Of a stretch of 64,000 nucleotides of DNA, positions 25,924-40,000 are shown piece after piece. This stretch comes from the human T2T-CHM13v2.0 reference genome, Homo sapiens: assembly GCF_009914755.1 (NCBI RefSeq), contig NC_060933.1; one strand, given 5' to 3'. The position numbers were made by a program, and so were the translations under genes. The number at the start of each line of letters is the position of its first letter. Position 1 is the first letter of the stretch. Under the pieces are notes generated by a model, which had not been told where the DNA came from, did no database searches, and saw only the letters and a program-made list of their open reading frames with translations.

Positions 25924-28290
25924 CTCCATTCCTTTGCACTCGGGTTGATTCCATTCCATTCCTTTCCATTCCATTCCGGATGATTCCATTCCATTGCATT
26001 CCATTCCATTCCATTCCCCTGCACTCGGGTTGATTCCATTGCAGTCCATTACATTACATTCCGTTCCATTACATTCCATTCCATTCGGATTGATTCTATT
26101 CAATTCCCTTACACTTCATTACATTCCATTCCATTCGGGTAGTTTCCATTCCATTCCATTCCTTTCCTCTCTATTCCATTGCACTCGGGTTGATTCCATT
26201 CCATTCCATTCCATTCCATTCCATTCCATTCCATTGTACTCGGGTTGATTCCATTCCATTGCATTCCATTCCATTCCATTCCATTCCATTCCGTTCCATT
26301 CCATTCCATTACATTCGGATTGATTCTATTCAACTCCCTTACTCTCCATTCCATTCCATTCCATTCGGGTTGTTCCATTCCATTCCATTCCATTCCAATC
26401 CATTCCATGGCACTCGGGTTGGTTCCATTCCATTCCATTCCATTCCATTCCATTCCATTCCATTCCATTCGATTCCATTCCATTCCAATTCTTTCCATTC
26501 CATTCTATTCTGTACCATTCCATTCCATTCCATTCAATTCCATTCCATTCCATTCCATTCCATTCCATTCCATTCCATTCGGTTCCGTTCCGTTCCGTTC
26601 CGTTCCATACCATTCCATTCCATTCCATTCTATTCGGGTTAATTCCATTCCATTCCATTCCATTCCATTCCATTCCATTCTATTCCATTTCATTGCAATC
26701 GAGTTGAATCCATTGCATTCCATTCCATTCCATTCCATTCCATTCCATTCCATTCCATTCCTTTACATTCCATTACGGATGATTCCATTCCATTGCATTA
26801 CATTCCATTCCATTCCCCTGTACTCGGGTTGATTCCATTCCATTCCATTCCATTCCATTCGAATCCATTCCATTCCATTCCATTCCGTAAGATTCCATTC
26901 CATTTCATTCCATTCCATTCCATTCCCCTGCACTCACGTTGATTCCTTTCCATTCCATTCCTTTCCATTCCATTCCGTTCCGTTCCGTTCCATTCCATTC
27001 CATTCCATTCCATTCCGTTCCGTTCCGTTCCGTTCCATTCCATTCCATTCCATTCCATTCTATTCGGGTTAATTCCATTCCATTCCATTCCATTCCATTC
27101 CATTCCATTCCAATCGAGTTGATTCCATTCCATTCCATTCCAGTCCATTCCATTCCATTCCACTCCATTCCAGTCCTTTCCATTCCATTCCACTCGGGTT
27201 GATTCCAATGTATTCCTTTCCATTCCATTCCATTCCATTGCAATCGAGTTGATTCCATTGCTTTGCATTCCACTCCATTCCATTCCATTCCGGATGATTG
27301 CATTCCATTGCATTCCATTCCATTCCATTCCCCTGCACTCGGGTTGATTCCATTCCATTCCACTCCATTCCGTTCCATTCCATTCCATTCCATTGTATTC
27401 GGGTTAATTCCATTCCATTCCATTCCATTCCATTCCATTCAATTACAATCGAGTTGATTCCATTCCATTCCATTCCATTCCAGTCCTTTCCATTCCATTC
27501 CTCTCGGGTTGATTCCATTCTATTAGTTTCCATTCCATTCCATTCCCTTCCATTCCACTCTGGTTGATTCCATTCCTTTCCATTCCACTCGAATACATTC
27601 CCTCCTATTCCACTCGGAACCATTCCATTCCATTCCATTCCATTCCATTCCATTCCATTCCATTCCATTCCATTCCATTTCGTTCCATTCCATTCTATTC
27701 CGTATCATTCCATTCCATTCCATTCCATTCTATTCCATTCCATTCCATTCCATTGTACTCGGGTTGATTCAATTCCATTGCATTCCATTCCATTCTATTC
27801 CATTCCATTCCGTTGCATTCCATTCCATTACATTCGGATTGATTCTATTCAACTCCCTTACTCTCCATTACATTCCATTCCATTCTGGTTGTTCCATTCC
27901 ATTCCATTCCATTCCACTCCATTCCATTGCACTCGGGTTGATTCCATTCCATTCCATTCCATTCCATTCCATTCCATTCCGGATGATTCCATTCCATTGC
28001 ATTCCGTTCCATTACATTCCCCTGCACTCGCGTTGATTCCATTCCATTCCATTCAATTCCATTCCATTACAATTCGTTCCATTCCATTCTATTCCGTACC
28101 ATTCCATTCCATTCCATACCATTCCATTCCATTCCATTCCATTCCGTTCCATTCCGTTCCATTCCATTCCATTCCATTCTATTCGAATTAATTCCATTCC
28201 ATTCCATTCAATTCCATTCTATTCCATTCCATTGCAATCGAGTTGAATCCATTGCATTTCATTCCATTCCATTCCATTCCATTCCATTCC

Positions 28291-28305
28291 ATTCCGGAAG
28301 ATTCC
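28291..28305. promoter_or_regulatory. Perfect 3-unit HSE motif ATTCCGGAAGATTCC (representative right-arm copy)
   Basis: Reverse complement of GGAATCTTCCGGAAT. Also at about 29001, 32015, 32459, 33298, 35538, 37110, 39816, 43076, 44098, 47133, 47947, 51651, 52459, 54057, 56548, 57786, 59088, 59795 and 62655. Confidence 0.6.
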
Positions 28306-31300
28306 ATTCCATTGCATTCCATTCCATTCCATTCCCCTGCACTCGCGTTGATTCCATTCCATTCCATTCCATTCCATTCCATTCCATTCCGTTCCGTTCC
28401 ATTCCATTCCATTCCATTCCATTCCATTCCATTCCGTTCCGTTCCATTCCATTCCATTCCATTCTATTCCGGTTAATTCCATTCCATTCCATTCGATTGC
28501 AATCGAGTTGATTCCATTCCCTAACATTCCATTCCATTCCATTCCATTCCATTCCATTCCTTTCCATTCCATTACGGATGATTCCATTCCATTGCATTCC
28601 ATTCCATTCCATTCCCCTGTACTCGGGTTGATTCCATTCCATTCCTATTCCAATCCATGCCATTCCACTCGTGTTGATTCCATTCTTTCCATTCCATTCA
28701 AGTTGAATCCATTCCATTGCATTCCATTCCATTCGATTCCATTCGATTGCACTCGGGTTGATTAAATTCCATTGCAATCCATTCCATTCCATTCCATTGC
28801 ATTCCATTCCATTCCGTTCCATTCCATTCCATTACATTCGGATTGATTCTATTCAATTCCTTTACACCCCATTACATTCCATTCCATTCGGGTAGTTTCC
28901 ATTCCATTCCATTCCATTCCTCTCCATTCCATTGCACTCGGGTTGATTCCATTCCATTGCATTCCATTCCATTCCATTCCATTGCATTCCATTCCATTCC
29001 ATTCCGGAAGATTCCATTCCATTGCATTCCATTCCATTCCATTCCATTCCATTCCATTCCATTCCATTCCATTCCATTCCATTGTACTCGGGTTGATTCC
29101 ATTCCATTGCATTCCATTCCATTCCATTCCATTCCATTCCATTCCGTTCCATTCCATTCGGATTGATTCTTTTCAACTCCCTTACTCTCCATTACATTCC
29201 ATTCCATTCGGGTTGTTCCATACCATTCCATTCCATTCCACTCCATTCCATTGCACTCGGGTTGATTCCATTCCATTCCATTCCATTCCATTCCGGATGA
29301 TTCCATTCCATTACATTCCGTTCCATTACATTCCCCTGCACTCGCGTTGATTCCATTCCATTCCATTCCATTCCATTCCATTCCATTCCATTCCTTTCCG
29401 TTCCATTCCATTCCATTCCATTCCATTCCATTCCGTTCCATTCCATTCCATTCCGTTCCATTCTATTCGGGTTAATTCCATTCCATTCCATTCGATTGAA
29501 ATCGAGTTGATTCCATTCCATTCCATTCCATTCCATTCCATTCCATTCCATTCCATTCCAGTCCTTTCCATTCCTTTCCATTCCATTACTGATGATTCCA
29601 TTCCATTGCATTCCATTCCATTCCATTCCCCTGTACTCGGGTTGATTCCATTCAATTCCATTCCAATCCATGCCATTCCACTCGTGTTGATTCCATTCTT
29701 TCCTTTCCATTCAAGTTGAATCCATTCCATTGCATTCCATTGCATTCGATTCCATTCGATTGCACTCGGGTTGATTCCATTCCATTGCATTCCATTCCAT
29801 TCCATTCCATTCCATTCCGTTCCATTCCATTTCATTACATTCAGATTGATTCTTTTCAATTCCCTTAAACTCCATTATATTCCAATCCATTCTGGTTGTT
29901 TCCATTCCATTCCATTTCACTCCATTCCATTGCACTCGGGTTGATTCCATTCCATTCCATTCCATTGCATTCCATTCCATTCCATTCCGGATGATTCCAT
30001 TCCATTGCATTCCGTTCCATTACATTCCCCTGCACTCGCGTTGATTCCATTCCATTCCATTCCATTCCATTCAATTCCATTCCATTACAATTCGTTCCAT
30101 TCCATTCTATTCCGTACCATTCCATTCCATTCCATACCATTCCATTCCATTCCATTCCATTCCATTCCATTCCCCTGCACTCGGGTTGATTCCATTCCAT
30201 TCCATTCCATTACATTCCGTTCCATTCAATTCCATTCCATTCGGATTGATTCTATTCAATTCCCTTACACTCCATTACATTCCATTCCATTCGGGTAGTT
30301 TCCATTCCATTCCATTCCATTCCTCTCCATTCCATTGCACTCGGGTTGATTCCATTCCATTCCATTCTATTCCATTCCATTACATTACATTCCATTCCAT
30401 TCCGTTCCATTGTACTCGGGTTGATTCCATTCCATTGCATTCCATTCCATTCCGTTCCATTCCATTACATTCGGATTGATTCTATTCAACTCCCTTACTC
30501 TCCATTACATTCCATTCCATTCGGGTTGTTCCATTCCATTCCATTCCATTCCACTACATTCCATTGCACTCGGGTTGATTCCATTCCATTCCATTCCATT
30601 CAATTCGATTCCATTCCATTCCGGATGATTCCATTCCATTGCATTCCGTTCCATTACATTCCCTTGCACTCGGGTTGATTCCATTCCATTCCATTCCATT
30701 CCATTCGATTCCATTCCATTCCAATAGTTTCCATTCCATTCTATTCCGTACCATGCCATTCCATTCCATACAATTCCATTCCATTCCATTCCACTCCGTT
30801 CCGTTCCGTTCCGTTCCGTTCCATTCCATTCCATTCCATTCTATTCGGGTTAATTCCATTCCATTCCATTCGATTGCAATCGAGTTGATTCCATTCCATT
30901 CCATTCCATTCCATTCCATTCCATTCCATTCCTTTCCATTCCATTACGGATGATTCCATTCCATTGCATTCCATTCCATTCCATTCCCCTGTACGCGGGT
31001 TGATTCCATTCCATTCCATTCCAATCCATGCCATTCCACTCGTGTTGATTCCATTCTTTCCATTCCATTCAAGTTGAATTCTTTCCATTGCATTCCATTC
31101 CATTCCATTCCCCTGCAGTCGGGTTGATTCCATTCCATTCCATTCCATTCCATTCCATTCCATACCGTTCCGTTTCATTCCATTCCATTCCATTCTATTC
31201 GGGTTAATTCCATTCCATTCCATTCCATTCCATTCCATTCCAATCGAGTTGATTCCATTCCAATCCATTCCATTCCATTCCACTCCATTCCAGTCCTTTC

Positions 31301-32379
31301 CATTCCATTCCTCTCGGGTTGATTCCAATGTATTCCTTTCCATTCCATTCCATTCCATTGCAATCGAGTTGATTCCATTGCTTTGCATTCCATTCCATTC
31401 CATTCCATTCCGGATGATTCCATTCCATTGCATTCCATTCCATTCCATTCCCCTGCACTCGGGTTGATTCCATTCCATTCCACTCCATTCCGTTCCATTC
31501 CATTCCATTCCATTGTATTCGGGTTAATTCCATTCCATTCCATTCCATTCCATTACAATCGAGTTGATTCCATTCCATTCCATTCCATTCCAGTCCTTTC
31601 CATTCCATTCCACTCGTGTTGATTCCATTCTATTAGTTTCCATTCCATTCCATTCCCTTCCTTTCCACTCTGGTTGATTCCATTCCTTTCCATTCCACTC
31701 GAAAACATCCCTCCTATTCCACTCGGAACGATTGCATTCCATTCCATTCCATTCCATTCCATTCCATTGCATTCCATTCCTCTCCTTTCCATTGCACTCG
31801 GGTTGATTCCATTCCATTGCATTCCATTCCATTCCATTCAATTCCATTCCGTTCCATTCCATTCCATTTCATTCGGATTGATTCTATTCAACTCCCTTAC
31901 TCTCCATTACATTCCATTCCATTCGGGTTGTTCCATTCCATTCCATTCCATTCCACTCCATTCCATTGCACTCGGGTTGATTCCATTCCATTCCATTCCA
32001 TTCCATTCCATTCCATTCCGGAAGATTCCATTCCATTGCATTCCATTCCATTCCATTCCCCTGCACTCGCGTTGATTCCATTCCATTCCATTCTATTCCA
32101 TTCCATTCCCTTCCTTTCCGTTCCATTCCTTTCCATTCCATTCCATTCCATTCCATTCCGTTCCGTTCCGTTCCGTTCCATTCCATTCCATTCCATTCTA
32201 TTCGGTTAATTCCATTCCATTCCATTCGAATGCAATCGAGTTGATTCCATTCCATTCCATTCCATTCCATTCCATTCCATACCATTCCATTCCATTCCAT
32301 TCCATTCCATTCCGTTCCATTCCGTTCCATTCCATTCCATTCCATTCCATTTGGGTTAATTCCATTCCATTCCATTCCA

Positions 32380-33790
32380 TTCCATTCCATTCTATTCCAT
32401 TCCATTGCAATCGAGTTGAATCCATTGCATTTCATTCCATTCCATTCCATTCCATTCCATTCCGGAAGATTCCATTCCATTGCATTCCATTCCATTCCAT
32501 TCCCCTGCACTCGCGTTGATTCCATTCCATTCCAATCCATTCCATTCCATTGCGTTCCGTTCCGTTCCATTCCATTCCATTCCATTCCATTCCATTCCGT
32601 TCCGTTCCATTCCATTCCATTCCATTCTATTCGGGTTAATTCCATTCCATTCCATTCGATTGCAATCGAGTTGATTCCATTCCATTCCATTCCATTCCAT
32701 TCCATTCCATTCCATTCCATTCCATTCCATTCCTTTCCATTCCATTACGGATGATTCCATTCCATTGCATTCCATTCCATTCCATTCCCCTGTACTCGGG
32801 TTGATTCCATTCCATTCCATTCCAATCCATGCCATTCCACTCGTGTTGATTCCATTCTTTCCATTCCATTCAAGTTGAATCCATTCCATTGCATTCCATT
32901 CCATTCGATTTCATTCGATTGCACTCGGGTTGATTCCATTCCATTCCATTCCATTCCATTCCGTTCCATTCCATTCCATTACATTCGGATTGATTCTTTT
33001 CAATTCCCTTACACTCCATTATATTCCATTCCATTCGGGTAGTTTCCATTCCATTCCATTCCATTCCTCTCCTTTCCATTGCACTCGGGTTGATTCCATT
33101 CCATTGCATTCCATTCCATTCCATTCCATTCCATTCCATTCCATTCCATTCCATTCCGTTCCATTCCGTTCCATTCCATTCCATTCCATTCTATTCGGAT
33201 TAAATCCATTCCATTCCATTCCATTCCATTCTATTCCATTCCATTGCAATCTAGTTGAATCCATTGCATTTCATTCCATTCCATTCCATTCCATTCCATT
33301 CCGGAAGATTCCATTCCATTGCATTCCATTCCATTCCATTCCCCTGCACTCGCGTTGATTCCATTCCATTCCATTCCATTCCATTCCGTTCCGTTCCATT
33401 CCATTCCATTCCATTCCGTTCCGTTCCATTCCATTCCATTCCATTCTATTCGGGTTAATTCCATTCCATTCCATTCGATTGCAATCGAGTTGATTCCATT
33501 CCATTCCATTCCATTCCATTCCATTCCATTCCTTTCCATTCCATTACGGATGATTCCTTTCCATCGCATTCCATTCCATTCCATTCCCCTGTACTCGGGT
33601 TGATTCCATTCCATTCCATTCCAATCCATGCCATTCCACTCGTGTTGATTCCATTCTTTCCATTCCATTCAAGTTGAATCCATTCCATTGCATTCCATTC
33701 CATTCGATTCCATTCGATTGCACTCGGGTTGATTCCATTCCATCGCATTCCATTCCATTCCATTCCATTCCATTCCGTTCCATTCCATTT
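32380..33790 (-). repeat. ~1.4-kb block duplicated at ~47050-48440 (offset ~14.65 kb)
   Basis: ORFs 33231..33668 and 47880..48317 give identical translations (offset 14649). Shared GGATTAAATCC, GCAATCTAGTTG and TTCCTTTCCATCGCATT. Confidence 0.88.
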
Positions 33791-36700
33791 CATTACATTC
33801 AGATTTGTTCTATTCAATTCCCTTACACTCCATTATATTCCAATCCATTCTGGTTGTTTCCATTCCATTCCATTCCATTTCACTCCATTCCATTGCACTC
33901 GGCTTGATTCCATTCCATTCCATTCCATTGCATTCCATTCCATTCCATTCCGGATGATTCCATTCCATTGCATTCCATTCCATTCCATTCCCCTGCACTC
34001 GGTTTGACTCCATTCCATTCCATTCCATTACATTCCGTTCCATTCCATTCCATTCCATTCGGATTGATTCTATTCAATTCCCTTACACTCCATTACATTC
34101 CATTCCATTCGGGTAGTTTCCATTCCATTCCATTCCATTCCTCTCCATTCCATTGCACTCGGGTTGATTCCATTCCATTCCATTCCATTCCATTCCATTC
34201 CATTCCATTACATTCCATTCCATTCCGTTCCATTGTACTCGGGTTGATTCCATTCCATTGCATTCCATTCCATTCCATTCCATTCCATTCCATTCCATTC
34301 CATTCCGTTCCATTCCATTACATTCGGATTGATTCTATTCAACTCCCTTACCCTCCATTACATTCCATTACATTCGGGTTGTTCCATTGCATTCCATTCC
34401 ATTCCACTCCATTCCATTGCTCTCGGGTTGATTCCATTCCATTCCATTCCATTCCATTCCATTCCATTCCATTCCATTCCGGATGATTCCATTCCATTGC
34501 ATTCCGTTCCATTACATTCCCCTGCACTCGGGTTGATTCCATTCCATTCCATTCCATTCCATTCGATACCATTCCATTCCAATTCTTTCCATTCCATTCT
34601 ATTCCGTACCATTCCATTCCATTCCATACAATTCCATTCCATTCCATTCCACTCCGTTCCGTTCCATTCCGTTCTGTTCCGTTCCATTCCATTCCATTCC
34701 ATTCTATTCGGTTTAATTCCATTCCATTCCATTCCATTCCATTCTATTCCATTCCATTGCAATACAGTTGAATCCATTGCATTCCATTCCATTCCATTCC
34801 ATTCCATTCCATTCCATCCCGGAAGATTCCATTCCATTGGATTCCATTCCATTCCATTCCATTGCATTCCATTCCATTCCATTCCATTCCGTTCCATTCC
34901 ATTCCATTCCATTCGGATTGATTCTTTTCAACTCCCTTACTCTCCATTACATTCCAATCCATTCGGGTTGTTCCATTCCATTCCATTCCATTCCACTCCA
35001 TTCCATTGCACTCGGGTTGATTCCATTCCATTCCATTCCATTCCATTCCATTCCATTCCATTACAATCGAGTTGATTCCATTCCATTCCATTCCATTCCA
35101 GTCCTTTCCATTCCATTCCACTCGTGTTGATTCCATTCTATTAGTTTCCATTCCATTCCATTCCCTTCCTTTCCACTCTGGTTGATTCCATTCCTTTCCA
35201 TTCCACTCGAAAACATCCCTCCTATTCCACTCGGAACGATTCCATTCCATTCCATTCCATTCCATTCCATTCCATTCCATTCCATTCCATTCCTCTCCTT
35301 TCCGTTGCACTCGGGTTGATTCCATTCCATTGCATTCCATTCCATTCCATTCCATTCAATTCCACTCCGTTCCATTCCATTCCATTTCATTCGGATTGAT
35401 TCTATTCAACTCCCTTACTCTCCATTACATTCCATTCCATTCGGGTTGTTCCATTCCATTCCATTCCATTCCACTCCATTCCATTGCACTCGGGTTGATT
35501 CCATTCCATTCCATTCCATTCCATTCCATTCCATTCCATTCCGGAAGATTCCATTCCATTGCATTCCATTCCATTCCATTCCCCTGCACTCGCGTTGATT
35601 CCATTCCATTCCATTCTATTCCATTCCATTCCCTTCCTTTCCGTTCCATTCCATTCCATTCCATTCCATTCCATTCCGTTCCGTTCAGTTCCGTTCCATT
35701 CCATTCCATTCCATTCTATTCGGTTAATTCCATTCCATTCCATTCGATTGCAATCGAGTTGATTCCATTCCATTCCATTCCATTCCATTCCATTCCTTTC
35801 CATTCCATTACGGATGATTCCATTCCATTGCATTCCATTCCATTCCATTCCCCTGTACTCGGCTTGATTCCATTCCATTCCATTCCAATCCATGCCATTC
35901 CACTCGTGTTGATTCCATTCTTTCCATTCCATTCAAGTTGAATCCATTCCATTGCATTTCATTCCATTCGATTCCATTCGATTGCACTCGGATTGATTCC
36001 ATTCCATTGCATTCCATTCCATTCCATTCCATTCCATTCCATTCCATTCCGTTCCATTCCATTTCATTACATTCAGATTTATTCTATTCAATTCCCTTAC
36101 ACTCCATTATATTCCAATCCATTCTGGTTGTTTCCATTCCATTCCATTCCATTTCACTCCATTCCATTGCACTCGGGTTGATTCCATTCCATTCCATTCC
36201 ATTGCATTCCATTCCATTCCATTCCGGATGATTCCATTCCTTTGCATTCCATTCCATTCCATTCCCCTGCACTCGGGTTGACTCCATTCCATTCCATTCC
36301 ATTACATTCCGTTCCATTCCATTCCATTCCATTCGGATTGATTCTATTCAATTCCCTTACACTCCATTACATTCCATTCCATTCGGGTAGTTTCCATTCC
36401 ATTCCATTCCATTCCTCTCCATTCCATTGCACTCGGGTTGATTCCATTCCATTCCATTCCATTCCATTCCATTCCATTCCATTCCATTCCATTCCGTTCC
36501 ATTGTACTCAGGTTGATTCCATTCCATTGCATTCCATTCCATTCCATTCCATTCCATTCCATTCCATTCCATTCCATTCCGTTCCATTCCATTACATTCG
36601 GATTGATTCTATTCAACTCCCTTACTGTCCATTACATTCCATTCCATTCGGGTTGTTCCATTGCATTCCTTTCCATTCCACTCCATTCCATTGCTCTCGG

Positions 36701-37079
36701 GTTGATTCCACTCCATTCCATTCCATTCCATTCCATTCCATTCCGGATGATTCCATTCAATTGCATTCCATTCCATTACATTCCCCTGCACTCTGGTTGA
36801 TTCCATTCCATTCCATTCCATTCCATTCGATACCATTCCATTCCAATTCTTTCCATTCCATTCTATTCCGTACCATTCCATTCCATTCCATACAATTCCA
36901 TTCCATTCCATTCCACTCCGTTCCGTTCCATTCCGTTCCATTCCGTTCTGTTCCGTTCCATTCCATTCCATTCCATTCTATTCGGTTTAATTCCATTCCA
37001 TTCCATTCCATTCCATTCCATTCCATTCTATTCCATTCCATTGCAATACAGTTGAATCCATTGCATTCCTTTCCATTCC

Positions 37080-40000
37080 ATTCCATTCCATTCCATTCCA
37101 TTCCATTCCATTCCGGAAGATTCCATTCCATTGCATTCCATTCCATTCCATTCCATTCCGTTCCATTCCATTCCATTCCATTCGGATTGATTCTTTTCAA
37201 CTCCCTTACTCTCCATTACATTCCAATCCATTCGGGTTGTTCCATTCCATTCCATTCCATTCCACTCCATTCCATTGCACTCGGGTTGATTCCATTCCAT
37301 TCCATTCCATTCCATGCCATTCCATTCCATTCCGGATGATTCCTTTCCATTGCATTCCGTTCCATTACATTCCCCTGCACTCGGGTTGATTCCATTCCAT
37401 TCCTTTCCATTCCATTCGATTCCATTCCATTCCCCTGCACTCGCGTTGATTCCATTCCATTCCATTCCATTCCATTCCATTCCATTCCATTCCATTCCTT
37501 TCCTTTCCATTCCATTCCATTCCATTCCGTTCCGTTCCATTCCATTCCATTCCGTTCCGTTCCATTCCATTCCATTCTATTCGGGTTAATTCCATTCCAT
37601 TCCATTCGATTGCAATCGAGTTGATTCCATTCCATTCCATTCCATTCCATTCCATTCCAGTCCTTTCCATTCCTTTCCATTCCATTACTGATGATTCCAT
37701 TCCATTGCATTCCATTCCATTCCATTCCCCTGTACTCGGGTTGATTCCATTCCATTCCATTCCAATCCATGCCATTCCAGTCGTGTTGATTCCATTCTTT
37801 CCTTTCCATTCAAGTTGAATCCATTCCATTGCATTCCATGGCATTCGATTCCATTCGATTGCACTCGGGTTGATTCCATTCCATTGCATTCCATTCCATT
37901 CCATTCCATTCCATTCCGTTCCATTCCATTTCATTACATTCAGATTGATTCTATTCAATTCCCTTACACTCCATTATATTCCAATCCATTCTGGTTGTTT
38001 CCATTCCATTCCATTCCATTTCACTCCATTCCATTGCACTCGGGTTGATTCCATTCCATTCCATTCCATTGCATTCCATTCGATTCCATTCCGGATGATT
38101 CCATTCCATTGCATTCCATTCCATTCCATTCCCCTGCACTCGGGTTGATTCCATTCCATTCCATTCCATTACATTCCGTTCCATTCCATTCCATTCCATT
38201 CGGATTGATTCTATTCAATTCCCTTACACTCCATTACATTCCATTCCATTCGGGTAGTTTCCATTCCATTCCATTCCATTCCTCTCTATTCCATTGCACT
38301 CGGGTTGATTCCATTCCATTCCATTCCATTCCATTCCATTACATTACATTCCATTCCATTCCGTTCCATTGTACTCGGGTTGATTCCATTCCATTGCATT
38401 CCATTCCATTCCATTCCATTCTATTCCATTCCATTCCATTCCGTTCCATTCCATTACATTCGGATTGATTCTATTCAACTCCCTTACTCTCCATTACATT
38501 CCATTCCATTCGGGTTGTTCCATTCCATTCTATTCCATTCCACTCCATTCCATTGCACTCGGGTTGATTCCATTCCATTCCATTCCATTCCATTCCATTC
38601 CATTCCATTCCATTCCGGATGATTCCATTCCATTGCATTCCGCTCCATTACATTCCCCTGCACTCGGGTTGATTCGATTCCATTCCATTCCATTCCATTC
38701 AATTCCATTCCATTACAATTCTTTCCATTCCGTTCTATTCCGTACCATGCCATTCCATTCCATACAATTCCATTCCATTCCATTCCACTCCGTTCCGTTC
38801 CGTTCCGTTCCGTTCCGTTCCATTCCATTCCATTCCATTCCATTCCATTCCATTCTATTCGGGTTAATTCCATTCCATTCCATTCGATTGGAATCGAGTT
38901 GATTCCATTCCATTCCATTCCATTCCATTCCATTCCATTCCATTCCTTTCCATTCCATTACGGATGATTCCATTCCATTGCATTCCATTCCATTCCATTC
39001 CCCTGTACTCGGGTTGATTCCATTCCATTCCATTCCAATCCATGCCATTCCACTCGTGTTGATTCCATTCTTTCCATTCCATTCAAGTTGAATCCATTCC
39101 ATTGCATTCCATTCCATTCCATTCCCCTGCAGTCGGGTTGATTCCATTCCATTCCATTCCATTCCATTCCATTCCATTCCATTCCATTCCGTTCCGTTCC
39201 ATTCCATTACATTCCATTCTATTCGGGTTAATTCCATTCCATTCCATTCCACTCCATTCCATTCCAATCGAGTTGATTCCATTCCATTCCATTCCATTCC
39301 ATTCCACTCCATTCCAGTCCTTTCCATTCCATTCCACTGTGGTTGATTCCAATGTATTCCTTTCCATTCCATTCCATTCCATTGCAATCGAGTTGATTCC
39401 ATTGCTTTGCATTCCATTCCATTCCATTCCATTCCGGATGATTCCATTCCATTGCATTCCATTCCATTCCATTCCCCTGCACTCGGGTTGATTCCATTCC
39501 ATTCCACTCCATTCCGTTCCATTCCATTCCATTCCATTTTATTCGGGTTAATTCCATTCCATTCCATTCCATTCCATTCCATTCCATTCCATTACCATCG
39601 AGTTGATTCCATTCCATTCCATTCCATTCCAGTCCTTTCCATTCCATTCCACTCGGGTTGATTCCATTCTATTAGTTTCCATTCCATTCCATTCCCTTCC
39701 ATTCCACTCTGGTTGATTCCATTCCTTTATATTCCACTCGAAAACATTCCCTCCTATTCCACTCGGAACAATTCCATTCCATTCCATTCCATTCCATTCC
39801 ATTCCATTCCATTCCATTCCGGAAGATTCCATTCCATTGCATTCCATTCCATTCCATTCCATTCCGTTCCATTCCATTCCATTCCATTCGGATTGATTCT
39901 TTTCAACTCCCTTACTCTCCATTACATTCCAATCCATTCGGGTTGTTCCATTCCATTCCAATCCATTCCACTCCATTCCATTGCACTCGGGTTGATTCCA

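Noticed and set aside
25700-25930. Junction as a sequencing fold-back artefact
   Set aside because: The arms differ by many substitutions and indels (e.g. GGACTGAAAT vs GGAGTGAAAT; GTAAT run on one side only) and are offset by 140 bp. A misassembly cannot be fully excluded without reads.
31550-35770. 3.5-kb offset suggesting Y-chromosome DYZ1
   Set aside because: It occurs once; the array lacks a regular ~3.6-kb higher-order period.
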